This document shows positions 11,801-24,227 of a stretch of 64,000 nucleotides of DNA, in pieces. A program made the position numbers and the translations under genes. Source of the DNA: Yuukianura sp. NJ FZ-2021 (taxonomy: Eukaryota); assembly GCA_046563655.1 (NCBI GenBank), contig CM102286.1, positions 9,734,001-9,798,000 on the forward strand. The letters run 5' to 3'. The notes under the pieces are model-generated. The model was not told where the DNA came from. It did not search any database and worked only from the letters and a program-made list of their open reading frames with translations. Numbering within the stretch: position 1 is the first letter of the stretch; each line of letters starts with the position of its first letter.

Positions 11801-14800
11801 TGGCTGGCTGCTGAGGAACGAGAATCCTTTGTTTATAGAAAATCGTGCGCAGCCGTTATTCAAAGTTTTTGTTTTCAAGTTTTCGTTTTCACGAAAGAGG
11901 CAAACAGCTCCGTACTTTCGACTCATTATGTGGAAAAATGTGGATTTTGAAAATTAATTTTCTGTTTCATTCTCCAGTTTGAAAGGGAATTTAATTTTTA
12001 TTTACCAGCATTTTGCTCTGTTGAGTCAACTGAGCATTGTCCCATGCAATACGATTTCCTTGTTTGATGGCTTTTTTTCGCTTTTGTGTTTTCCCGCGCA
12101 CTTGTGCTGGTTACAGATGTGTGACTGCTATTTTCTCCAGTGGTTGCTCATAGCACTATCGTTGGTTCTGGAACTTTCTGGGCAATGGTAATGGTTGAGG
12201 ACGTTTTGGCAGACAGAATGGTTTTAAGCGAGCAACCAACTGGAAATTTAACAAAAACTATCAGTTAACAAAAGCTATAGCAGAGGCACCCTAATTCACG
12301 TCTCTCCATTGTTCTCAATGATGCTGGCTCCATTTCACCCGCATTGGTTATTTTAATGATGATAGTCGTCACAATCAACAGCCCCTGCTATTAGGAATAA
12401 TTCAGCAGTAACTTAACTAAACAGGCACCTTTATAGCTCGACGGAGAATGCGTTTTTTCTTGGAATTTTGTGAATAAAAGCTTCGCACGTTAAAGCGAAG
12501 AGAGTAAAAGAGAATTGAAATTTTTCTCTAGTCATTTATTCTAATTTTTTATTGAATTGTGAATCATGCGATATAAGACTTTCTTTGAAACGCTTTTTGT
12601 GTCAATTTCTAATTTAAGAAATGAAATATTGTTAATTTCAAACTTTATGTGAGTCACCGCCTACCGCATCTCGATCAATTCCGTAATGAGTTTTCGAATT
12701 GAGTTCTGTCATCTGTCAGGGAGCGAGCATTCTTTCTTAAAAATCAAAATCGGATAGCCCGCCATTTTATTTTCACCAGGCGTTAGACTGAATGCAACGC
12801 ACTGCGACAATTCTTGTAAACAGAATTCATGGAGCCATTTAAAAAAATGTTTTACAAAAAGTTTTGAGTGGTGCAGCAGTGGCGCCCTCGCTTCTCTTTT
12901 GTCTGCTTCTACTCTAGCTTTTACTTTGTATGTTTTCGAACACGCCCAGTATTACTTTTGCTGAAAACATTTTCATAATCAGCATTATGCACGTCTCGCT
13001 ATGGATTGGTTTTTCGTGTGTAAGTTTATGGATAACAACTTGGTCGAACTTTAATTTTAAAAGTTGTTCTGCTTTTGTAAGCACTAATAGCAATATAACA
13101 TAGGCTAAAAGATCGTTCCAGCATTCTAGTTCCAGCAACCAAGTTATTCAACATACATTTTGTCATCTATATTGTATTTTTATAAATTGATTTTTTTCTC
13201 GAAACGAGACTGGTATTTCCATCGTGTATCTATTCCGAACATGACTGTAGAATTTTTTTAAAAAATTTTATGTACGGGTTGAATAGACTTTTAGAACTTC
13301 CTCTTATGGGAATCCTGCGTACATTGTTCATGGAAGTGTACATTGAATGATCTGAGAACGCAACATTAAATGACACGACTTCCTTTCTCATGCCAAAAAC
13401 TTTGAGATTCGCCTATTGTGTAGGTTAATATCGTGCCGTGTCAGTCAATGGTGCGAGTTGTGCTGTCGAATTATTTCCGTCCATTTAAATACAATTAATA
13501 ATAGAGTTCACCAGTTCACCTCTCCTTTCAAAGGGAAACGAGTGAAGGAAACGATGGGAAGTGACGCCTATAGCTTACGCGTTGAGCCAAGCAACACATT
13601 CAATAGTTGTTTTTCTTTCATATTCTAGTATAACGTATATCAGAATTTTATTTTTAAAAAATAACAACGATAACAATTGTCTGGAACTGTAAAATTTAGT
13701 ACTTGACGTGGAAATACTGCGAATGACTGAATTCGTCTTCAATTAATCGTCTCAATAAAGGCGGTTTTCATCCGTTTCTGATATTTTTGTACTTATTGAA
13801 TGGTTAGCAGGGTTGAATTAAGGCTAGTGTTGTCTAGATCCGTTGCTTAAACGGTGTGGTGAATGTAATTTTAAAATTCACATAAACTCAATGTGGAAAA
13901 ATTTAACTTCACAGGTCCAATCATAAAACCTAAAATGGGGAATTGTGGTGTAAAGCTTTTCTGGCTATGATACTTTGTAAGTTGTGGTCGCATTTAGATC
14001 AGTCGGATCTTGTCAGACATATAAATAAAGCATGAGATTAGTTGTTGTCATTGTCAATACCATGCGTCAATGCTACTGATCCGGATTTGAGATTGCGGAT
14101 CAGAGACTTGTTAAGTTGAAAGGTCAGACGGAAATATGCCACTCGTATAAACTGTTAAAGATATTGTTTTGGTGGTGTGGAAATAAATCCATGGATGACC
14201 TTTAAACATTGAAAGCAGTACTTATCGAAGCACGCCATTACATCGAAAAAAAGACATCGAAGGAAAAGACATCGGAGAAAAAGACATCGAAAAGAAACAC
14301 ATCGAAAATACAAACACATCGAAAATATAAACACATCGAAACAAAAGACATCGAAATAAAAGACATCGAAAATGCAAACACATCGAAACAAAAGACATCG
14401 AAAACTACCCTCAGTCAGGCAAGCCTACGCACGCCGTCACTATTGCGTGCTATACCAAACCTAACGCCAAACCTAAAGTTTTCATTTTTAGACTAAAACT
14501 GAGCGCACAAATTTCGTTGGAATTTCCGCGCCGAAGGCGCGGCGTTAGGTTTGGTAAAGCACGCAATAGTGATTGCGTGCGTAGGTTTGGCTGACTGATG
14601 TTAGTTTTCGATGTCTTTTGTTTCGATGTGTTTGCATTTTCGATGTCTTTCTTTTCGATGTCTTTTGTTTCGATGTGTTTATATTTTCGATGTGTTTCTA
14701 CTTTCGATGTGTTTCTTTTCGATGTCTTTTTCTCCGATGTCTTTTTTTCGATGTAATGGCATGGACCCGTACTTATATGCATTTGACGTTGGCCTTTTCG

Positions 14801-17800
14801 TTGTAAAGAAAATGTTACTAAAATATCTTTTGCTGTTTGATGTGTTATCAGATTTTGCCTTGTCTTTCACCAGCATCCGACTCTTTTATGAACTAGACTT
14901 TGAATTTTGAATCTTAAAACTTCCGTCGTCCGATATATTTTAAAGTAGGGTTCGTCACACTTTTTTTTAATTCTTTCGTTTTTGGGTTTATTGTAGCACT
15001 TTTGACTCATAGCCCGAACCAAAGAAAATGTTGAATTTGTCCGTCCAAAGCCATCTTCCTATTTTCAACTTGCTACGGACTTGGCCAATTTATTTAAATC
15101 TGCAAAAAAGTAAATGCTAGAGGCATGTTTTGGTTGCTTTTAAGTTGGCATTTTTAAATTTTAGATTTGACCCTCGAAGTTCCAGAATGTCCTACACTGG
15201 ATGGCACCAAGGGAAAGGCCAATGAAATGACAGCTATCGTTCAACATTTACTCAGCATCGGTAATACTTTCATTAGTTTAACTTTTGAAACAAATCTTCA
15301 CCTAATCAGGAAGGGCATGGTTTTACGTTAACATTTTTTCGACTTTCTTTCAGGGCATACCTTCGACAAACCTGAGAAAATTCATATGAGATTAGAACCT
15401 GGGCTTTGGTGAGTTTTTGAGAGATTTGTGAGAGATGAAGAAATCGGGTTAAATAGAAATTGAATCTCAGACCTTTCCGTTGCAAAAGCTGTTACTTCTC
15501 CTATTTAACAAGCTAAATGCATGTCAACGATCCAGTTGCTTTACATTTCTTTTTGGGCATGATTTTTTTTGTTATAATAACTTCACAGCGAATCAAGAGC
15601 GTGGAAACCTTTTGTATTCACACTAAACAGTTTTTACGATTGCTTCGAGGTTAAAAATGCATAATCGTTAAATATCTGGTTTTATGGCATTAAGTACTAA
15701 AGTTGAGATTGTTTTCATATTCAGGGGTCTTCGGACGACATTCGGAACCGAACGTTCCCGTTGCAAAAAAAATGCTTACAATATTAACGGTTAAAAATTT
15801 CATTTTTCTGCACCGGAGTTGATTCTGTGTGCACACAAATCAATTCAAATGGCATTTTATTTTTTGTTCCCCCCTCCGGATTAAGTTGCCTTGAAATGTT
15901 TGGGCCGCAATAAGCAGCGTTCAAATGAATCAACATTTTTAAGTTAGCTGTGGAATTTCTGTATCAAAATGATGTTTATATTTTTGAATTTTATTTGTTT
16001 AGTTCGAAGAATGAGGAGGTCGACGGCCAAACTGTCGTTCGAGCCAGAGGTCTGCCTTGGCAATCTTCAGATGCTGACATTGCAAAGTTCTTCAGAGGTC
16101 TCAACATTGCCAAGTATTTCAAAGTTGACGTTTCTTAGCACTAGTTTGTGAATAACATTAATAGTACGTTATGTAATTATTTCTGTTGCGTTATTTGCAG
16201 GGGTGGAGTGGCTTTGTGTTTAAGTCCTCAGGGAAGAAGGAACGGCGAAGCGTTAATACGGTTTGAAAACCAAGAGCATCGGGACATGGCGCTAAGGCGC
16301 CACAAGCATCACATTGGCGCTCGGTACATTGAAGTCTATAAAGCCACTGGAGAAGACTTCATTGCTGTGGCTGGAGGTAAGGATTAAAAAAAAATTTTGA
16401 AGAAAAAAAATTCTCAACTGGGATTATTTTTTACTCCGAGGCTTTAGCTTTTAGTTGATGAAAACATTTTTGCAAAATTGCGTTTTTTCTAGAAATCTCT
16501 CAAGACAGGGGCAAGGTTACGAGAATGAGAGATTTTTAGTTAGAGATTAAGAAGAGAAGAACATCATAAACGTTCCGGATCTGCATTTAAATGTATGGAT
16601 TTTAGGATTTCTATGGACTGTTGGAATGGAATTGTTGCAACGTGTTCAGTAGTAGCTTGATAACTTAGAAAATGTCTTGCTGAAGTTGCATTTCCATCGA
16701 TAACATCAGATGCTACAAAGTTGCTTAGATTGCGTGGCGTAACCTCAGGTTTCAATGTGATTCCAAGTTAGGCTTGTACCCTTTATGGTTTCATTCTCCA
16801 GGCAGTTTCGTCATCCATTATTTTAAGTAAGGGAACTATTTTGTTAAATAGAGTTGACTAAAGTGGTGTTTCAGAATAAGGTCACGGAAGTTAAGAAATA
16901 AGGCCTTTGAGTGAACCTTGTTACAACATACACTCTTCCATGACTTTCCCTGCCATGGATCCCTTGGATAACCCCTTGACGAGGACGTTGCCTCAGAGTG
17001 GACTGGTTAATCATTCTGTGTCATTTTGTGGAAGTGGACTTGAAGGGCCTGGCATGATCAATGTGTGGTTTGGACATGGAAGCAATAAGTTAGCACAGTT
17101 CAACCTAAATGATCTCAAGAGGTTATCAGTGTTTTATATTTGGAGTAGCTTTGGGACGCAATGAGGTCTACTGATCAACACAATAATATAGCAACTTGGA
17201 ATCATATTCTTTGGAGTGTCTGATAAAATTTCAATAGGACACAGAACTAAGTTCCAGGGATTCTGCATTGGATACTTCAGTTCATCTGTGCACTTAGCAG
17301 TGGTATGTGTCAGCGGAAGTTTAGAATCAATTCTACACAGTTTCCAATTTAACATTTTTGAGCAGCAGAAATTCTAATTAGAAGTCCTGAATTGACTTTC
17401 TGGCTGAGACAGTTTTGGAGAATTTTGTTTCATCTTAATTTTCAAGTGCGACGTTATACTTAGAAGTGGTCATTTTACGGTTAACTTGAATCCGGATATT
17501 TGAAGTGGAAACTTTACGATTTCTTGCTGAAGTCATCAACCGTTGTCGGATTTTAGTTGTGCTGGTTTGTTCAAATAAGTCTGGAAGGATAATAGACACT
17601 TTTGTACATTATAAGATATGGTTTTTAGTGAAGAGAACAATGCCATTTTATGTTTATTGACATTCTCAGTCACAAGTTATTCATTGTCCGTTCCGTTTCT
17701 CAAAATCGTCATACAGAAGCCGCACCATTGACAACGTTCGTTTTGTTTTAGTTTCACCAGAACGAAGGTTGAAGCCCTCAATCCTACTGTGACAACTCCC

Positions 17801-20800
17801 CAGTTTTGTTTGAACTTAAATAGTTGTGTCGATTTAACTGTTTCCAATAGTCATATATCACTGTTACATAACAGCATGAGGATGTACTTTAAGCCGCCGT
17901 TCTCGTATCTTGAGTGTTAGTTTCACGCTTCACTTTTGCAAAAATTTTGTTAAAATTTATGTTAATTTAATTTTTAATTTTTTAATTTAATAATTATTTA
18001 TTTACAAGCATTAAATGACGCTTTGTTTGAATTTTCAGGGAGCAATAATGAAGCTCAGGCATTTCTTATCAAAGGAGGTCAAGTTATAATCCGAATGAGA
18101 GGACTTCCCTACGATTGCACAGCAAAACAAGTGGTAAATTCAACTGAATAATGTGGAAAACATAAAATATTGTGCATTCGTGTATTGTAGCTTTTGCGCC
18201 GGGTTGTGCGAATAACCTTGAAAAATTATATGCATTTTGCAGTTGGATTTTTTCAATTCTGGTGATAACGCTTGCCACGTACTGGACAACGAGGAAGGTG
18301 TTTTGTTTGTGCGTCGAACCGATGGGCGTGCTACTGGTGATGCATTTGTTCTATTCGCTGAAGAATCAGATGCTGGCAAGGCTTTAAGTAAACATCGTGA
18401 AAGCATCGGATCTCGTTATATCGAACTATTTCGGAGCACAACTGCGGAAGTGCAACAGGTATTTCATGACAACTTGTTAGGTCGATAAGGTTGTTTTTTT
18501 GTCGTCCTGCTAAAAGGAGGCGTTTAGTTCAAATTTCATATGAAAAGTTTTTTTTATTACCTACCTCAATTTTGATCAAGATAAATTTTAACAAACAACT
18601 CTAAAAATTTTTTTATAAACTCAAATTCATAAATTGACATCAAAACATTGCTTCCTATTTGTTCTGTTTCCTTTCTTTGCTCACTGGAAGCATCCAATTC
18701 CATTGTAAGTAAAATGTTGCATTGTATTCGTAATCTATTTGAATGATATTCACTTTAAGTGCCTATTGTTAATGGAAGAAAAGTAAACAGGAGGTAAACA
18801 CTTGTAACTATTGTATTTGTTTAATTAGGTGTTGAATCGATGTCTCGAAGCCACCAAATCCGCAGAAGTGTCACCTCAGCTCCCGTTGGCAGCTCCGGCG
18901 GGTCAATCAGGGTCATCGGTAGTTCAGGTACCGCCTGTCACTGTCTCCATTATGCCACAGCATATCATCACTGCTGGAACACGGAAAGATTGTATCCGAT
19001 TACGTGGACTTCCATATGAAGCGCAAGTGCAGAACATCCTCGACTTCCTTGGAGAACATGCCAAAAACATTGTTTATCAAGGGGTGCACATGGTCTACAA
19101 TGCACAGGTAAGTATTCATAAGTAAGTATATATGAAAGTGATGCTTGACAGGAATTCTTAAGTGTTTTTGTATTTGGCACAGGGTCAACCTTCTGGTGAA
19201 GCCTTCATTCAAATGGACTCTGAACACAGTGCATTCTTGGCGGCACAGGCGAAACATCATCGTTACATGGTCTACTTTAAGAAGCAGCGTTACATTGAAG
19301 TCTTTCAGTGCTCCGGAGAAGATATGAACTTGGTGCTTACTGGTGGCATTCCACTTTCTCCGCAGAAAGCTCTCGTTTCACCTGGTATGTTGTCACCTCC
19401 GCCAGAAGTGGGCGGGGCTTCATTACTTCCAGTAGGCTCTCATTCCCTGTCTCCACCCCTGCAGCGCCAAATGATTAGAACTCCAGGGTCAATGCCCCTC
19501 TCCGCCGCTGCAATTGCTGCCTCAATGAGGTGCCTAGCATATGCCCAGTCCCAGGCATACCTTCCTCATCTCAGTCAGCAAGGACTCCTGGGCACATCTC
19601 CTGGAGCATCCGCCCTTCCCCACGGTCTAATCGGCCCTCATCCATACTTCCAGTCACCTCCACAACTCCCGCATAACTTGATCCGCATCCCCCACCTTTC
19701 ACCGCCACTCCAGGAAGATCTTTCGAATCCTCTTACGAGACTTTCACTAATCAATTCACACCCACAGTTAATGCTTCCCACCCCTCAGCAACTCCTTTTG
19801 TCCAGCTTCATTGCCCAGGGAGGCGGGAATGCGCAGCTTTCGCAACTCATTGTTGGCAACAATTGTGGCAACCTTCCCGTCCAAAATGTTCAGGGGAAAA
19901 GATCATATGAAGAAGCATTTTCGGGGTATGAGTCAGGAGGAGTATTGTCGGCAAAACGCTGGCAACAAACTCCCAATATCCCAAGCAATATTTACCCTGC
20001 ACAACCTTTTACTTATAAAAAGGAGTAGAAGTGGAGGGTTAATGCTTCGTAGCAATTCTGGACTTGGTAGCTAAATGGAATATTAGTGTAGTTGACGTGA
20101 ATCCTCAAAATACTTAACTTTTGGTAACGGGGAATTGCTAATTTGTAGCCATGTGTTATGAAACATTTAGAAATGCTGAGATTTCTGGGTTTCAAAGTTT
20201 GACTTTTTTGGTGTTGCAACAAACACTGCTTATTTTTTAAGATTTTTCTCCTGTCCCCAGCCTCTATTCACTTCCCTGAAAAAATTTTGAAACAATCTAA
20301 ATCAATTCGTTTTCGTTGGCTAGTCTTTCAAAACGTCCATGGTGAACTTCGTAGGTTAATATTATGGACTGTTGTTAACACAGTTTTGGTCAATATCAAA
20401 TACGTAAATATTCCAGTCTTTTAATGGGATGCTTTCTCTTGAATAGTATTCGACAAGTTAACACTTTTTTCGGGTGAAAGTTTCACCACTTTTGCGTTTC
20501 ATGTGCTAAAATCCTTATTTTTTCTAATTCGCATTTGACACCAGTGACGGAATACAACAAAATCAAAGAAAAAAAATGTTAGATGACTATAGATTGTTAC
20601 TGTTAATCCCGAAAATTTTTCGCAAGTGAAAGCATAAGAATTTAACGATAACCGTTAGTGGTATAATTAGTAAATTGAGTAGTAGTTTTAGGTTTAGACA
20701 CTTATTTTATTTTCCTAACTGGAAATGGCCTGATGTGCAATACTAAAATTTGACTTTGGTTGGGCAGTAGTAAAATCGTTTGGGTTTGTAAAATTTGGCT

Positions 20801-22468
20801 GGTTGCTGATATGCTAATAACGAATGAAGGTTTTACCAGAATGCGGTTTTAGTTTAGTTTGAATTGCTTTATATTTTTGGAAAGTAATTTTCCATTGTTA
20901 ACTAATGCGTAGGTGGTTGCTTACACAAGTTACGTAAACCAGCGACCATTAATCAATACTGTAAATACTTGCATGCCTACTTGTGTTTTTAGTTTAAATT
21001 GGTTTACGGAACTTGTGAAACTAACCTTTATAGAAAAGAGTTCGGATTGGGCGTGGGATCTTTTGATGATTTATTAATTGTTTTTGGTCCTTTTGTCTGT
21101 CTACGCCTTTTTATAATTACTGTACTTGGCTACACTGAAAATGTCTGCGGAAAGTCCTGGAAACGGGTTTGGCCTCACTTTGACGCTGCGCTGCTCCTAC
21201 TCAGCTATAGATAAAAATTGGCGTGGTCGGTGGATTAATTTCTGGAACGTGACTTTTTGTTCTAACGGTTGGGTATTTTTATTTTTGCACGCTTTTTGGT
21301 TGTTTTTGGTGAGTTTTATTATTATTATTGATTTATTTACATTACATATTTCTGTGCTATTTGTCTCTGTATTACTTTAGTTATTTACGCTGTGAAGGGC
21401 TGGCTAAACGTTTTGGGATTCTTTGTTTGAATCAAAATTCCCTTCTAATTTAGTATAACATGCGGTTTGTGTCTTGGGAGCTGGTTATGGGGTTTATGGT
21501 CACCTTTTGTTGTCTTGTAGTCATTTTAAAGTTTCCGGCTTTTGATTTCATTTCCAAGTACTTTATGTACTTAATATTTTCGCTAGCTTTGATAATTTTT
21601 GACTCGATGAATTCCAGTCCTCTACTTATAACAGTTTATTATATAATTTGTCTCTTGTCGCTTTTGAATGCAACTTACCCAAGCGATTCATGTACTAATT
21701 GGAATAACCTCAAGCAGCCCGAGGTTTCAAATTGGGAACGGCCGGAAAGTTGGAAAGAAAATGTACCATACCATGCGAAATTTAGTGTAGTTTTGAAAAC
21801 ATTGTAATCCAAAAGCGTTTGGTCAACCCAAAATCCTTAATGTTACCTTATGATTTTGTGTAATTTTGGATCTTAATGACAAATAACTTTGACTATAATA
21901 GGGAGAACGCTGTTGGCTCCAGCTCCATACTCGTACGGAGCTTACTCCTATGTCCAAGGCCCTCATCTACCGTCCGTTACAGCCATGACACCTCGAAACG
22001 GCTCACATCAATACGCATATCCACAGATCTTCTATTGGCCGTATCCGTCCCCACCAGTGAGTCCATCAACGTATTACGGGACTCCAGTCACAGTTGCTAC
22101 GCAGGCTCTAGTAAGCCTTACTTTACAAATATCCCGGATACTAATATTTTCATTAACTTTTGTTGCTTTTTTAATCTTACCTGAAATAGATTCCGCCAGA
22201 GTGTTTGGGAGCTCTTTCCTTGGGAAGTCCAATTGGAAAATCGACTATTGGAAATCACCCTCTGAATAATCACAACAATCATATCCACTACAACGGAGCT
22301 AACGTTCCGCAAATGGGTTCAAATGGATTAGCTACTCCGGATATTGGTCAAAGACCTTTGAACGGAGAATCCTTTCGTCCAGAACTCAATATTTCTGATA
22401 AGCATCGTAATCCACCAGCTCTGCTGCCGACGAAGAACTATGCTGAGCTTCCGCTCTTCATTGCTTGA
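5872..22468 (+). CDS. ESRP/fus: Epithelial splicing regulatory protein (ESRP/fusilli): N-terminal DnaQ-like domain plus three RRMs. Exons 5872-6078, 7110-7253, 7359-7569, 15165-15260, 15354-15408, 16003-16113, 16201-16376, 18039-18133, 18243-18458, 18829-19107, 19183-19384, 21902-22110, 22190-22468
   Basis: Diagnostic peptides [87 protein letters not shown] and YPSPPVSP. All introns are GT..AG and phase-compatible. Confidence 0.93.
14231..14764. mobile_element. Foldback-type MITE in ESRP intron 3
   Basis: Inverted arms of about 230-250 bp (GCCATTACATCGAAAAAAAGACATCG... / ...CGATGTCTTTTTTTCGATGTAATGGC) built from 15-16-bp ACATCGAAAA subrepeats around a short spacer. No TSD identified. Confidence 0.75.
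19183..20028 (+). CDS. ESRP/fus: Alternative extended terminal exon of ESRP/fusilli (reads through the 19385 donor to TAG at 20026-20028)
   Basis: The frame stays open for about 214 codons beyond the internal G|GTATGT donor. Pro/Leu/Ser-rich, ending with a KRSYEEAF...SAKR basic motif. Confidence 0.75.
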   Translation, partial: GQPSGEAFIQMDSEHSAFLAAQAKHHRYMVYFKKQRYIEVFQCSGEDMNLVLTGGIPLSPQKALVSPGMLSPPPEVGGASLLPVGSHSLSPPLQRQMIRTPGSMPLSAAAIAASMRCLAYAQSQAYLPHLSQQGLLGTSPGASALPHGLIGPHPYFQSPPQLPHNLIRIPHLSPPLQEDLSNPLTRLSLINSHPQLMLPTPQQLLLSSFIAQGGGNAQLSQLIVGNNCGNLPVQNVQGKRSYEEAFSGYESGGVLSAKRWQQTPNIPSNIYPAQPFTYKKE

Positions 22469-24227
22469 GAGACTGCAGTTTTACATGAGTGTTCGACGAC
22501 CAAAATATTATGGAATCCTAAGCTTCCGATGAAATAATCAATCAAAAAGCGATGGTTGGACCAAATAGACAATCAAAAGACGGGTGCGCACATTTGGCAC
22601 TGAACCAATAACTAAATATGTATCTTTCTACATGTTGAATCTAATAATGCTTAGTTTTTGTATAAAAATACTTCACTGTTTAGCATTCAGCGTTTCATTC
22701 TCTTTCTATGAGACTGCTTTGACAAAGACTTAATGAAATTAAGAAATATTTGTTAAATAGTAATTCTGATTTCTTTAGAAAATTGTTGAAATACTTTTTA
22801 TATCTTGTTTTAAATATCTTTGTTGGAATGTGTGTTTTTATCTTAGGTTAGATGATTTTATTGTACGAATTCATTATTTTAAACCAGCTTTTAAATTATT
22901 TATTTCGTTCTAGTAAGAAGTAATACCTAAAAGTCCTTTTCCAAAAAACTTGGCTGAAAGAAATTTTTTTAGGTAAAACTGCAACAAATATAGTCAGAAA
23001 TAAGCAATTACCAAAGACGCGACACCGAAAAAATTCAAATTAAAAAGTTTCCTTACGTTAATTTTTTTTAGTAAATTAGCATTCATTAAGGTATTCTTCC
23101 CTCCATTGTGCTATTATGTTGTTAACAGGTGTTGGTCTCTTTTTAACACAACAATCTTTTAATGCTGGAAGCAAATTTAAGTTTACTGCTCAATTTTCTC
23201 GTTTGTTTTTTTTTATTTCAAGAGTTTGAATTTGTTGATGATGTGTTTTATTTACTCCAAACTGCTTTAGTTCCAACTAAGTCAATTACACTCAAAAATA
23301 TTAATGAGAAATTCCTTTACATTCTAGCCTATTGCCGTGTAGGACGCTAAATTGTCAGTTTTGAATGTTTGGTTTACTAAGTTACTGCTTTCCATTTAAA
23401 ATTTTGCCTACTGATTTGTTGAGCCCAATTATTCATGTCAGTCGGTTATTCGCTAGATTCGTTCCTAAGTTTCCATTATTTCTGTTACAGTAAATTACAT
23501 GCAAAGAACCGCTCCAAGGAACAACAGGATCAAAATGTCTTCCAATGCGTTGTTGCCGTTTGCTTCTCAAAATTGCATTTACACACTCGTAAATTTATGA
23601 AGTAATAAGTAATCTTGTTGTTATAAGTTGTAAATGTTGTACATAACTACCTACTATATTGAAAGTTACATCGTATGCAGGAAAATTCACAGCGCAGCGT
23701 TTTGTCAATTTACGAATAAGACAAATGCAAAACGTGTTTTAAGTGCAATTAATGACTTTCAGGCGATACTAAAATCAGCATCCAGTAAACTGTGTTCCAA
23801 ATTCGCGTTGTTGAAATTGTTAACACTTGCAAAAACCACTAATCGTTAAGACACGAAATAAAAGTGAACAAATTCGATTGTCAGTTGATTTTTTTTATGT
23901 AACAAATGCTGTTAAATGTTTTACACAGCTGAGTCGTGCTATCACAAAATAACTTTATACAAAATGTCGGAATTTGATTTTCTACTTTCGATTTGCACCG
24001 CGTTTTTTCATGCATGTAATTGATTGATTGATTGATTGATTTATTAACCACTGGTATCCTGCGTTGCAGGTAATTACACCGTGGATGGTAAATTGAGTAA
24101 TTGTTACAGCTACTAGCATATTATATTTGTGATTAGCATTAGTTTCCGTTGAAAAGTAATTTATATTGCGAATGTTAAATAATGTAAAATTGAGAAATTA
24201 ATTTTAAAATTCAAATTTATAAAATTA

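Noticed and set aside
14155..14910. Lys/Thr-rich and Phe/Cys-rich ORFs
   Set aside because: Artefacts of the ACATCGAAAA repeats of the foldback element.
7570..15164. Short ORFs in the 7.6 kb ESRP intron as a possible nested gene
   Set aside because: No domain similarity and no consistent exon chain found.
16560..17360. Intronic ORF fragments, possibly an old transposon remnant
   Set aside because: No termini, TSD or recognisable protein motif.
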